This document shows, one piece after another, positions 47,204-59,880 of a DNA stretch of 64,000 nucleotides. Where the stretch lies: positions 118,422,001-118,486,000 of the forward strand of contig NC_086097.1 of assembly GCF_963921235.1 (NCBI RefSeq). The letters run 5' to 3'. This stretch comes from Mobula hypostoma (lineage: Eukaryota). Under the pieces are notes generated by a model. The model saw only the letters and a list, made by a program, of their open reading frames with translations, ran no database searches and was not told the DNA's origin. The first letter of the stretch is position 1, and every line of letters begins with the position of its first letter. Made by a program: the position numbers and the translations under genes.

Positions 47204-49884
47204 TCAAAGTTGCTGGTGAACGCAGCAGGCCAGGCAGCATCTCTAGGAAGAGGTACAGTCGACGTTCTGGGCCGAGACCCTTCGTCAGAACTAACTGAAA
47301 GAAGAACTAGTAAGAGATTTGAAAATGGGGGGGGGAGGGGGAGATCCAAAATGATAGGAGAAGACAGGAGTGGGAGAGATGGAGCCAAGAGCTGGACAGT
47401 TGATTGGCAAAAGGGATATGAGAAGATCATGCGTATGAGAAGATCATGGGACAGGAGGCCTAGGGAGAAAGAAAGGTCGGGGGTGGGGGGAACCCATTGG
47501 ATGAGCAAGGGGTATAGTGAGAGGGACAGGGGGAGAAAAAGGAGAGAAAGAAAAAGAAAGAATGTGTGTATATAAATAAATAACGGATGGGTACGAGGGG
47601 GAGGTGGGGCATTAGCGGAAGTTTGAGAAGTCAATGTTCATGCCATCAGGTTGGAGGCTACCCAGATGGAATATAAGGTGTTGTTCCTCCAACCTGAGTG
47701 TGGCTTCATCTTTACAGTAGAGGAGGCCGTGGATAGACATATCAGAATGGGAATGGGACGTGGACTTAAAATGTGTGGCCACTGGGAAATCCTGCTTACT
47801 CTGGCGGACAGAGCATAGGTGTTCAGCGAAACGATCTCCCAGTCTGTGTCTGCTCTCGCCAATATATAGAAGGCCACATCGGGAGCATCGGATGCAGTAT
47901 TTCACCCCAGCCAACTTGCAGATGAAGTGTCGCCTCACCTGGAAGGACTGTCTGGGGCCCTGAATGGTAGTAAGGGAGGAAGTGTAAGGGCATGTGTAGC
48001 ACTTGTTCCACTTACAAGGATAAGTGCCCAGAGGGAGATCAGTGGGGAGGGATGGGGGGGACGAATGGACGAGAAAATCACGTAGGGAGCGATCCCTGCG
48101 GAAAGCGGGGGTGGGGGGCGCGGTGGGAAAGATGTGCTTAGTGGTGGGTTCCATTGGAGGAGGCGGAAGTTACGGAGAATAATATGTTGGACCCAGAGGC
48201 TGGTGGGGTGGTAGGTGAGGTCAAGGGGAAACCTATTCCTAGTGGGGTGGCGGGAGGATGGAGTGAGAGCAAATGTGCGTGAAATGGGGGAGATGCGTTT
48301 GAGAGCATAGTTGATGGTGGAGGAAGGGAAGCCCCTTTCTTTAAGAAAGGAGGGTATCTGTCCCCCACTTATCCTTCGCTACATCGACGACTGCATTGGC
48401 GCTGTTTCCTGCACGGATGCTGAGCTCGTTGACTTCAATAACTTTGCCTCCAACCTTCACCATGCCCTCAAGTTTACCTGGTCCATTTCTGACACCTCCC
48501 TCCCCTTTCTAGTTCTTTCTGTCTCTATATCTGGAGACAGCTTATCTACTGATGTCTACTATAAGCCTACTGACTCTCACATCTATCTGGACTATTCCTC
48601 TTCTCACCCTGTCTCTTGCAAAAATGCCATCCCCTTCTCGCAATTCCTCCATCTCCGCCGCATCTGCTCTTAGGATGAGGCTTTTCATTCTAGGACAAGG
48701 AAGATGTCCTCCTTTTTTAAAGAAAGGGGCTTCTCTTCCTCCACCATCAACTCTGCTCCTAAATGCATCTCCCCCATTTCACGCACATCTGCTCTCACTC
48801 CATCCTCCCACCACCCCACTAAGAATAGGGTTCCCTTGGTCCTCACCTACCACCCCACCAGCCTCTGGGTCCAACATATTATTCTCCGTAACTTCCACCA
48901 CCTCCAACGGGATCCCACCACTAAGCTCATCTTTCCCTCCCCCCGCCCCCGTTGCTTTCTGCAGGGATCGCTCCCTGCATGACTCCCTTGTCCATTCGTC
49001 CCCCCCATCCCTCCCCACCAATCTCCCTCCGGGCACTTATCCTTGTAAGCGGAACAAGTGCTACACATGCCCTTACACTTCCTCCCTTACCACCATTCAG
49101 GGCCCCAGATGGTCCTTCCAAGTGAGGCAACACTTCACCTGTGAGTCGGCTGGGGTGATATACTGCGTCCGGTGCTCCCGATGTGGCCTTCTATATATTG
49201 GCGAGACCTGACGCAGACTGGGAGATCGCTTTGCTGAACATCTACGCTCCGTCCGCCAGAGAAAGCAGGATCTCCCAGTGGCCACACATTTTAATTCAAT
49301 GTCCCATTCCCATTCTGATATGTCTATCCACAGCCTCCTCTACTGTAAAGATGAAGCCACACTCAGGTTGGAGAAACAACACCTTATATTCCGTCTGGGT
49401 AGCCTCCAACCTGATGGTATGAACATTGACTTCTCAAACTTCCGCTAATGCCCCACCTCCCCCTCGTACCCCATCCATTATTTATTTATATACACACATT
49501 CTTTCTTTTTCTTTCTCTCCTTTTTCTCCCTCTGTCCCTCTCACTATACCCCTTGCCCATCCTCTGGGTTCCCCCCCTCCCCCTTTTCTTTCTCCCTGGG
49601 CCTCCTGTCCCATGATCCTCTCATATCCCTTTTGCCAATCAACTGTCCAGCTCTTGGCTCCATCCCTCCCACTCCTGTCTTCTCCTATCATTTTGGATCT
49701 CCCCCTCCCCTCCTACTTTCAAATCTCTAACTAGCTCTTCTTTCAGTTAGTCCTGACCAAGGGTCTTAGCCTGAAACGTCGACTGTACCTCTTCCTAGAG
49801 ATGCTGCCTGACCTGCTGCGTTCACCAGCAACTTTGATGTGTGTTGCTTGAATTTCCAGCATCTGCAGAATTCCTCGTGTTTGC
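47204..49884. mobile_element. Inverted PLE pair: minus arm 47204-48353, plus arm 48354-49884
   Basis: The plus arm has RT (RYIDD..FTW..LPFL..VYYKPTD..SSHP) and GIY-YIG; the minus arm mirrors ~48709-49843. Confidence 0.92.
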
Positions 49885-49925
49885 ATATAACAGACTCAAT
49901 CTCTTTGTCCAAGTCATTAATAATA

Positions 49926-50227
49926 GGCATCCGTTAGTCTTGTGAGACCATGGATTTGTGCCTTGGAAGGTTTCCAGGGCGCAGGCCTGGGCAAGGTTGT
50001 ATGGAAGACTGGCAGTTGCCCATGCTGCAAGTCTCCCCTCTCCATACCACCGATGTTGTCCAAGGGAAGGGCACTAGGGCCGATACAGCTTGGCACCAGT
50101 GTCGTCGCAGAGCAATGTGTGGTTAAGTGCCTTGCTCAAGGACACAACACACTGTCTCAGCTGAGGCTCGAAGTAGCGACCTTCAGATCACTTGACCGAC
50201 ACCTTAACCATTTGGCCACGCACCAAC
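49926..50227 (-). mobile_element. tRNA-derived SINE, full length
   Basis: Box A tggccaaatgg and box B-like cttcgagcc; homologous to 41300-41566. Confidence 0.78.
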
Positions 50228-50734
50228 ACAAGTCACTAATATAGACTGTAGAAATCTAGCATCCCAACACTGATCATGGACATTGTTGAGCATTTTTCAT
50301 GTGCGATGCATGGTTAATCGATGGTCTGCTCTTGATCTCAGTTGTGACAGAATAATGAAAGCCTCAGGGAGAAGCGTGATAATCTGACAAAATTACTGAT
50401 GTGCCAATCTGTATGGAGTTCCAATTATGTGAGGTGATTATGTTATCCTGGTGATTAATGGAAGATTTACACTTTGGAAGTTGCATTTTGTATGATACTT
50501 CTGTCAGGTTTATGAGGACATATGGAATGAATATTTTGATTGAGATCTGCATTTTGCATTTGAATAGCTACCAGATGACAGCAAATATGGTTAAACTGTG
50601 ATAATCAAACCCTGTCAATCATTCATCTGAAGTGGAAATCTCAACTCAGAGTCAGCCAATACAAAATAATAGTTCACCCCGTCTTTATTTTCCGTCATCT
50701 AATTTTAGGGTTTCATCCTATAAAAGCCCTTAAA

Positions 50735-51260
50735 TCACATAAGACAAGAGACATGGGAGAAGAATTAGGCCATTCAGCCCATCAAGTCTGCTTCACCATT
50801 CCATCGTGGATGATTTATTATTCCTTTCAATCCCATTCTCCTACCTTCTCCCCGTAACCTTTGACACCCTTACTAATCAAGAACCTATCAACCTCTGCTT
50901 TAAATATGACTAATGATTTGGCCTCCACAGTTGTCTGTGACAATGAATTCCACAGATTCAACATCTTCTGACTAAAGAAGTTCATCCTCATCTCTATCTT
51001 AAAGGGACATCTTTCTATTCTGAGGTTGTGCCCTTTGATCCTAAACTCCCCGACATTTGGAAACATCCTCTCCATGACCACTCTTTCTAGGCCAATCGAT
51101 ATTCAATAAGTTTCACTGAAGACCGCCCCCCCCCCACCAATTCTTCAAAACTCCAGCAAGTATGGACCTAGAGCCATCAAACGCTTCTCCTACATTAACC
51201 CTTTCATTTTTATGAACAACCTCTGTACCCTCTCTAATGCCAACACATTCCTTCTCACAT
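50735..51260 (-). mobile_element. CR1 3' fragment
   Basis: ERMFPNVGEFRIKGHNLRIE..NFFSQKMLNLWNSLSQ. Confidence 0.85.
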
Positions 51261-52214
51261 AAATCACAATGCAAAGATATCTAGTGTTTTCCTCCTTTCT
51301 ATTCCAATTGCTACAAACTCAGAAATCGTTACAAAATTGTCAAGCATCATCCCACTTCCGTCAATCCATGCTGAGTTTGCCCAACCTTTTTATTATTTTC
51401 AAAGTGCACTGTTAACACAATATTCTAGTCTCTTCCTTACTACTAATCTTAATTGTTTGATAATGAATTCAGGGAAGTTAAGATATAGGAAAAGTAAGTA
51501 ACTGAAAGACAAATGGTCACTTGTCTTCAATGATCAACTTGTTGGAGTTCAGATATTGAGAAGATTTGTACATGGTACTGCCTTGATTTCCAGTGTTAGG
51601 ACAAAAAAATCCCAAAGTTGAGGAAGAATTTTGTTAACCAGGGGTTGGTGAATCTCTGGAATTCATTCCCACTCGTGGCTTCGAGGCGAAGTCATTGCGT
51701 ATACTTAAGGTGGAAGTTGATAGGTTTTTGATTATTAAGGGCATCAAAGGTAACTGCGAGAAGGTAGGGGAATGGGGTTAAGAGGGATAATAAATCAGCC
51801 ATAATCAAAAGGTGAAGAAGACTTGATGGGCTGAATAGCCTTACTCTTAGTTACTTACTTGGGCACTTATCTCCTAAGTGGGCCATAGGATATTGATGAC
51901 CTCTCATCTCCATCATCTTCTGAAGTGGATGGTTTGGTTAAAGTTCGTCAATGCTTCTGCAATCCATGCCACCCACTCTACAGGGGATTGGCCCATACAG
52001 CTTCACCAGAGAGAGCCCTGTAGGAAAACCTTACTCATTTCTACCTTCAAGCAACACACATTTCTACCTTTCACGTATGGACTTTGAGAGGCAGGCCTAA
52101 ATCTGTTCCCATGTTCTATGATTTTAAGCCTTTAAAATGAGCAGATCATACATGGTTATTTGCTTGCTTTGCATACTTCTCTAAAATTCATTCAATGATC
52201 TTGTGTTCCCACAG

Positions 52215-52360
52215 TCACCTCTCACAAATTTCTGGTTGGAACTCTGAAAGATCTCCACCAGCACCATGCACAGGATAATACCTCCTGTGGACAAAACTTG
52301 CTGGCTCCCTTGGAGCTGTCTCTGATTTTCCTATCATTCTCTCAGGTCCTATTCACTTAG
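52215..52360 (+). CDS. Candidate terminal coding exon (phase 1) with a GPI-signal-like hydrophobic C-terminus
   Basis: Acceptor cttgtgttcccacag; TSHKFLVGTLKDLHQHHAQDNTSCGQNLLAPLELSLIFLSFSQVLFT*; AATAAA downstream at ~52572 and ~52802 in repeat-poor DNA. Confidence 0.45.
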
Positions 52361-53221
52361 CAACAACATTCTTCTGTGGCTGGAAGAACTTTGCTTGTAA
52401 TATAAGATACCTTTTTGAGAGTTAACTGTAAAGACAGCATCTTCCACCATCAGCTTAAGCAAGAAAACAGCAGAAGGAAGACTGACAGTGCTGTTCCATG
52501 AATCTTGCAATTGAAGTCCATGCTCTATACTTTCATCAAGTTAAGTTGACCAGCAACATGTATTAACATTAAATAAATAGAATGAAACGATTTCTAGACT
52601 TTTATTTTGCAGTGTTTCTCAGAGATTGTCATCTCTGGCATTTTATCAGTGTGCCTGTACTCTCATCTCCATTTCCTTAATATTCCTTTCTCTCAGTGTT
52701 CATATAGCTAAGCCCTCTAAAGAATTGGTCGGATTTAATAACCAGCATAACTGTAGGTATTGAGAGTATATTCTTAAAATTCAGAATAAGATTAATCTAG
52801 AAATAAATTGACAAGAATGGAAATTATGGCCCACAAATATTACATTCAAGTGCTTGAATTTGAGAATTGTGAATCACAAACATACAGATTTTTGTGGTGG
52901 TGCCTGGGAAAAACAGCTGAGAACCAAGCATGATGTCTCATACCATGACAGTCATGCAGGGAGTGGGGGCATGGTGTAAACTTGCAAAAAAATCACCTTG
53001 CTGTAAACAAAATGTACAAACGTACATTGAAAGTATGAAGTTAAGAAGACTGGAAGGAAACCTGTTTAGTGAAAAATTTCCATTGTGCTTTGAAAATCTA
53101 TAGCTTGTACTTGGAGATGTTATATGTAACTTAAGACACTTTTTGTGGTCCAGCTACTGAGGAAGTCAGGAAGTTTGATACTCAATAGACAAAGGCAGAG
53201 AAAACACACAATCAAAGTCTA

Positions 53222-53470
53222 TAGGGCAGCATAGTAGCATATAGCTGTTAGCACAACAGTTTACCTGTTTCCTACCACATTCTAAAGGCATATGGTTAGG
53301 GTTAGTGAGTTACTGGCATGTTATGCTGGCACTGGAAGTATGGTGAGACTTGGGAGTTGCCTCGCATAATCTTCGATGATTTGATTTGATGCAAACGATG
53401 GGTTTCCCTGTATGTTTCAATGTACTATACATATGACAAAGAAAATTAATCTTTAATCCTCTTTAATCTT
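53222..53470 (+). mobile_element. Old tRNA-like SINE
   Basis: ggcagcatagtagc head; gatttgatttga..ctgtatgtttcaa..aatctttaatc tail shared with 37803-38030. Confidence 0.6.
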
Positions 53471-54949
53471 CGGCTATACTAGGAGACATAAATTAGAGGA
53501 TAGTATAATTTAATGTTAAAAATTAATAAAGCTAAAACCGGTCTGTATAAGTTGAGTTTGATGGACACTCAATTGGTGCTTGTCTCTGACATTCAAGACA
53601 ATATTTATTTTTAACCTTCCTTTCTGGACTTGACTGCAAAACTATAATAGCTTGTCAGCCCAAACTTCAGTATGAGTTGCCGTCAGCCAGTGTCAACAGC
53701 CCAAAATCTGCACATTAGCAGAAGAACCCCTATTGCATTCCGATAATTATCTCCGTGACCTGCTCAAAAGACAAAGTGAGTGTAACACCCAGAAAAGCAG
53801 AACAGATAAGTTATTGCAGTCACTTCAACTGCCTATTAAATTCATCTGTCTAATATTTATACTCCAAATTATTTTAGATTCTTGGATATATAAGGAAATA
53901 AATGACTGTAAAATTTCCTTCTTAGTTAGACTTTGTTAGGTCCTGTTTGAGGTGGCTTATCACTTTGAACCAGACCAATTTCTGTAGTATGGTAATCACC
54001 TCCGAGAATCATAGAATAAAAATGAGTCAGAAAGCTCATTTGTTAACATTTTACCCTGACTGTGAAGTAAGTTCCTGTTCATATTTATCACTGAGATAAC
54101 CAATGTGGAGTTTTAATCCACTTCCATTTGTCTTATTTTTCCGTTTTTATAATTATGACCCTGAGTAGCTACTATTAACACATTTCTGGCATGCAGCAGA
54201 GGTCATTAATAGATAACCCTCGAAGATCATAAAAAATGAAAGTCTGTCATGCCTAGTTTTAGTTTCCACATCTAGATGCTGAACACAAGAGAGCTGAGGA
54301 AAAGGAGTAGACTTTTCAGTTTCAAGTCATGTTATATGTATATTTGATGGCCTGGATTTGAATTGAACTGTAAGTGGTTTCCTTTGGATATTGGAACAGC
54401 CAGATCCCTAACTTTCAAACTGGACAGATCATGTTTTGCAGTAGGGTGCTTGGTATGTTAGTGGGATTGATGGCTGCTGAGGCTTATAAGGCAAGGCTAG
54501 AGCACATGTGAAGTATTATGAGCAGTTTTGGGTCCTTTATCTAAGAAAGGATGTGCTGGCTTTGGAGAGGGTCCAGTGGAGATCCCGGAAACGTAAGATT
54601 TAATATACAGTATAAGGAGCATTTGATGGCTCTGGGCCTGTATTCACTACAGTTTTGAAGACTGAGGGAGAATTTCATTAAAATGGTGGCCCAGATGGAT
54701 CAGGAATTAGAGAGGAAGCAACTCACAGGTCTGTGAGTGAGATTTAAAAAATGAGGTTTCACATGCTTTTGGCATTTTTCCAGTGGTCTAATCAAGTCAG
54801 GAGCGAGAGAGGAAGCAACTCACAGGTCCATTAGTTACAAGGAGCATTTGTGGACTTTCAGCATTTTCTGGCAAGAGCAGCCATTGTGTAAGTGGACCAC
54901 TGTTGAAGTGGAGAGTGTTTGGCTAATCAGGCATTGGTGAGAATGGGCT

Positions 54950-56980
54950 TGGGGTAGATAAGTATTTAGTAAGTTTCTTCTTCTTCATTCTTCCTCTGTA
55001 GTTACATAGTGCAGTGAGGATGGCAGTGTTAAGATGTGGGAATTCGGCGAGACCAATATCCTCCCGGATTACAGATCTACAATCAGGTTCACGGAGCTGC
55101 AGCTCTTTGGAGAGCATGTTAAGGAGCTAGAGCTGCAGCTTGACGACTTTCAGCTCATAGGGGAAGCTAAGGAGGCGATAGATAGGGGCTACAGGGAGAT
55201 AAGCACTCCTAAGTTGCAGGAGGCAGGTATCTGGGTGACTAATAGGAGATGGAAAGGAAATGGGCAGCCAATGCTTTTTGCATAGTAGGGGAATTAAGGG
55301 CTATGGGGAAAAGGCAGGTAGGTGGAGATGAGTCCATGGCCAGATCAGCCATGAATTTATTGAATGGTGGAGCAGACTCGATGGGCCAGATGGCCAACTC
55401 CTGCTCCTATTTCTTATGTTCTTATGCAGAGTACCCCTGTGGTTGATCCTCTCAATTATAAGTCTACCACTTTGGATACTGTTGGGGAGGGGGGAGAGTA
55501 ACTTACCAAGGGAAAGCTGCAGTGATCAGGTTTCTGGCATTGTGTCTGGCACTGTGGCTCAGAAAGGAAAAGGGCTGCAGTAGTGATAGGGGATTCCATA
55601 ACTGGACAACACATTTTTTCAAAAGTGTTGCTTCCTCAGAATTTTTTTTTGTTTGTGATAGACCGCTTGACGATGAACACAAATATCATTTCAGGCTACT
55701 TGTATCACGTAGGAATTTGGAGAAACAACAAATTAACTTTTATTGAATATAATGTGTTTCATTGCATAATGGTGCTGATGCTTTGCAATAGTTCAATTAA
55801 GTTAAAAATATTTTGTCAATGATTTTCATTTGTACTCAGTGTCTGAGACTTCTGGCTTAAGTGTCCAACAATAATCCGCCAGCATTGATGGTTTCCAGTT
55901 GCCGTGGTATCTTTTCTCCATGACCGCAATGTCCTGGTGATACCTTTCACCATGCTTGCAACTAACAGCACCAAATTTGCAGGGAAGAAGTCTAAATGGG
56001 AATGCAGAAAATGAATCTTTAGTGACATGTTGCATTTCATGGTTTTATATGTCTGAAGCATGTCTGAAACCAGCTGCATGTAGTTTGGTGCTCTGCAGAT
56101 GCCGAGAAAAATTTCAACAACTTCCTTGAATGTCTTCCATGTGATTTTCTCCAGTCCCACTAGAAATTCTTCAAATTGCCTGTCATTGATGACCTGTTTG
56201 ATTTGTGGACCAACATAAATGCTTTCCATAATTTTGGCATCAGTTCTTCTGGAAAGCATCTGTCTCAAATATCAAAATCCATTATAGAATTTTTTGGGCC
56301 TGGTGATAGCAAATTCCATTCTTACAGTCCTGAACCCAATAATTATTGCTAAAACCTGTCCTGCCCTACAGCAGCCGCACTGCCTAAGCAGGCCAAGTAT
56401 GCCTGGACAAGATAGGATACTTTCCAGCTTACATTGTAGGCAACATTTTAATTGACTTGAATTATGAAATGAAATAATAAACATAAGTGATTTCAGAAAA
56501 TGGTGTGTGATAGGGAAATTTCATGGTGATTTTCACGATCAGTAGCCCAAAATTCATAAAATACACCTAAAGGTATTCAGGAAGCAAAATCTTTGTTGTC
56601 CAGTTTGTTGTCTAATTATAATTAGAGGAGTAGAGACAAGATTCTGTGGCTACAATAGAGACACCTGGACGGTATGGTGCCTCCCAGATGCCAGGGTTAG
56701 GGATGTCTCAGACTGGATCCATGGCATTCTAAAGTGGGAGGGTGAGCAGCCAAAAATCTTGGTACATATTGGCACCAATGTCACAGATAGGAAAATGGAG
56801 AAGTTCCTGAAAAAAAAATTAGGGAGCTAGTTAGAAAGCTGAAAAGCAGGACCACAATGGTAGTAATCTCAGGATTTCTGCCTGTGCCACATGCCAGTGA
56901 GGGTAAGAATAGGATCATTTGGCAGGTGAATGTCTACTTGAGGAACTGGTGCAGGGGGCAGGATTTCAGATTTATAGATG
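54950..56980 (+). mobile_element. Old CR1 ORF1 region interrupted by a CR1 3' end (~55275-55428) and a DNA transposon
   Basis: MWEFGETNILPD..ELQLFGEHVKELELQLDD..WVT; IGDSI at 55583-55600 resumes as IRGVETRFCG at ~56621; VHIGTN. Confidence 0.8.
55601..56604 (-). mobile_element. Internally deleted cut-and-paste DNA transposon (SDE[HQ]GERFHQDI-type transposase; possibly Tc/mariner-related)
   Basis: TIRs actggacaac / gttgtccagt; YVGPQIKQVINDRQFEE..CNMSLKIHFLHSHLDFFP..HGERYHQDIAVMEKRYHGNWKPSMLADYCWTL. Confidence 0.8.
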
Positions 56981-58861
56981 ATAGAAACTGAGTGATAGAG
57001 CTGTGGATGGACAGTTGGTATAAAAGCAGAGGCAGAGTGTGGTGAGACTGTCAGGAAAGTCAGGCAGATAATAGTGTAAAATTTCAGTCAGTGGGATGAG
57101 TTGCAGTGTAACATGGGGACAAAGTTAAAAAGGGCGATGAATACAGGACTGCAGGTGTTATATTTGAATGCATGTAGTATATGAAATGAGGTATATGATC
57201 TTGCAGCACAGTTAGAGATTGGCAGGTTGGCGTTGTGGGCATCACTGTATCATGGAAGTTATGGCTGGAAGAAGATTATCGTTGGGAGCTTAATGTCCAA
57301 AAATACACATTGTATCGAAAGGCAAACAGAGAGGGTGGCATGGCGTGGCTCTGTTGGTAGAAAGTTAAATCTAATCGTTAGAAAGAGAAAACACAGGATT
57401 GGAAGATTCAGTATTGTAATGGGTAGAGTTAAGGAACTGCAAGGTAAGAAGACCCTGAGGGAGTTAGATACAGAACAGCAGCCAGGATGTGGCCAACAAT
57501 TTACAACAGGGAACTGAAAATGTATGTCAAAAGGGCAATGTTATGATAGTCATTGGAGAATCCAATATGCATGTAGATTGGGAAAATCAAGTTGGTACTG
57601 ACTTTGGATCCGAAGAGAGAAAATTTGTAGAATGCCTGTGAGATGACGTTTTAGAGCAGCTTGGGGTTGAGCCCACTAGGGGATCAGCTATTCTGGAATG
57701 GGAGTTGTATAAGGAACCATATTTGAACAGGGAGCTTAAGATAAAAGGCAGTGATCTGATTATGACAGAACTCACACTGCAATTTGAGAGGAAGAAGCTG
57801 AAGTCAAATATATCAGTATTACAGTGAGGTAAATGGATAACAGAGTCATGAGCGAGGAGCTGGCCTGAGTTGATTGGAAGGGATCACTAGCAGGGATAAC
57901 AGCCAAGCAACACTGGCTGGAGTCTCAGGGATCGATTCGTATGGTGCAGAAGAAATACAGCCCAAAGAAGATGAAGTATTATAATGGCTGGATGACATTA
58001 CCATGGCTGATAAAGGAAGTCATCCAACATAAAAGCAAAAGAGAGGGCATATTATAAAGCAAAAATTTGTCGGAAGTTAGAGGATTGGGACACCTTTAAA
58101 AACCAATGGAAGCCAATTAAAAAAGCCATAAGGAGCAAAAAGATGAAATATAAAGGTATTAAAGAGGAGATCAAATGTTTTTTTATAAAGAGTAAGAGAG
58201 GTGAATGTAGATATTGGACACTAGAAAATGATACTGGAGAGGTAGTATTGGGAGACAAAAAAATAGAGGATGAGCTGATTAACTACTTTGCATAATTCTT
58301 CACTGTGTAATACATTAGTATTATGCCAGAAATTTGTGAGTGTCAGGGCAGAAGTGGGTGTATTTGCTATTGGTATGGAGAAGGTGCTCGGTGAGCTGAA
58401 AAGACTTGAGGTAGGTAAGTCACCTGGACCAGATGGACTGCACCTGAGGTTCTCAAAGAAGTTGCTGAGATTGTGGAGGTGTTAGTAATGCATCATTAGA
58501 TTCCAGAATGGTTTTGGAGGACTGGAAAATTGCAAATGTCACTCCACTCTTTAAGAAAGAAGGGAGCCAGAAGAAAGGAAATTACAGGCCAGTTAGCTTG
58601 AACTCAGTGGTTGAGAAGATGTTGGAGTTAAGGATGTGGATTTGGGGTACTTGGAGGCACGTGATAAAATAGGCTGCGGTCAGCATGGTTTCCTTAAGGG
58701 AAAATCTTACATAGCAAACCTGTTGGAGTTCTTTGAAGAAATGACAAGCAGGATAGACAAAGGAGAATGAGTGGATGTTGTCTACTTGGATTTTCAAAAT
58801 GCCTTTGTAAAAGTGCCACACATGAAGATACTTAACAAGTTAAGACCCATGATATTACAGG

Positions 58862-59664
58862 AAACATAGAAAACACAGAAAATAGGTGCAGGAGTAGGCC
58901 ATTCGGCCCTTCGAGCCTGCACCGCCATTTATTATGATCATGGCTGATCATCCAACTCAGAACCCCGCCTCAGCCTTCCCTCCATTCCCCCGATCCCCGT
59001 AGCCACAAGGGCCATATCTAACTCCCTCTTAAATATAGCCAATGAACTGGCCTCAACTGTTTCCTGTGGCAGAGAATTCCACAGATTCACCACTCTCTGT
59101 GTGAAGAAGTTTTTCCTAATCTCGGTCCTAAAAGGCTTCCCCTTTATCCTCAAACTGTGGCCCCTCGTTCTGGACTTCCCCAACATCGGGAACAATCTTC
59201 CTGCATCTAGCCTGTCCAATCCCTTTAGGATCTTATACATTTCAATCAGATCGCCCCTCAATCTTCTAAATTCCAATGAGTACAAGCCCAGTTCATCCAG
59301 TCTTTCTTCATATGAAAGTCCTGCCATCCCAGGAATCAATCTGGTGAACCTTCTTTGTACTCCCTCTATGGCAAGGATGTCTTTCCTCAGATTAGGGGAC
59401 CAAAACTGCACACAATACTCCAGGTGTGGTCTCACCAAGGCCTTGTACAACTGCAGTAGTACCTCCCTGCTCCTGTACTCAAATCCTCTCGCTATAAATG
59501 CCAGCATATCATTTGCCTTTTTCACCGCCTGCTGTACCTGCATGCCCACTTTCAATGACTGGTGTATAATGACACCCAGGTCTCGTTGCACCTCCCCGTT
59601 TCCTAATCAGCCACCATTCAGATAATAATCTGCTTTCCTATTTTTGCCACCAAAGTGGATAACT
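58862..59664 (-). mobile_element. Young CR1 family A, 5'-truncated (3' module of the 28S-CR1 chimera)
   Basis: ORF 58938-59591 is near-identical to the C-terminus of ORF 30670-32367; tttctatg-type tail. Confidence 0.95.
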
Positions 59665-59669
59665 AAAAA

Positions 59670-59880
59670 ACAAAAGTTTGGCTCGAGGGATGACTTTCAG
59701 TAGATCGCAGCAAGGTAGCTGCTCTGCTACTTACGAAACCCTGAGCCCGAATTAGGTCATCTGCGAATATTTTAGCACCGGGTTCCCCACGAGCATTCGG
59801 TGTGCTAAACAGGTTTAGAGGCGGCGCCCATCTGTCCGCGCTCCAGGCCAGTAGCAACGGCACTTCTCGCCAGCCGCGCC
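59670..59880 (-). pseudogene. 28S rRNA 3'-terminal fragment (~210 nt), retrocopy
   Basis: Minus strand ..tcgtggggaacccggtgctaaa..gggtttcgtaagtagcagagcagctaccttgctgcgatctactgaaagtcatccctcgagccaaacttttgt matches the conserved vertebrate LSU rRNA 3' terminus. Confidence 0.9.

Noticed and set aside
59670..59880. Functional rDNA unit or R2-type insertion into 28S
   Set aside because: Only the terminal ~210 nt is present, with no flanking rDNA, and the partner is CR1 joined at the mature 3' end.
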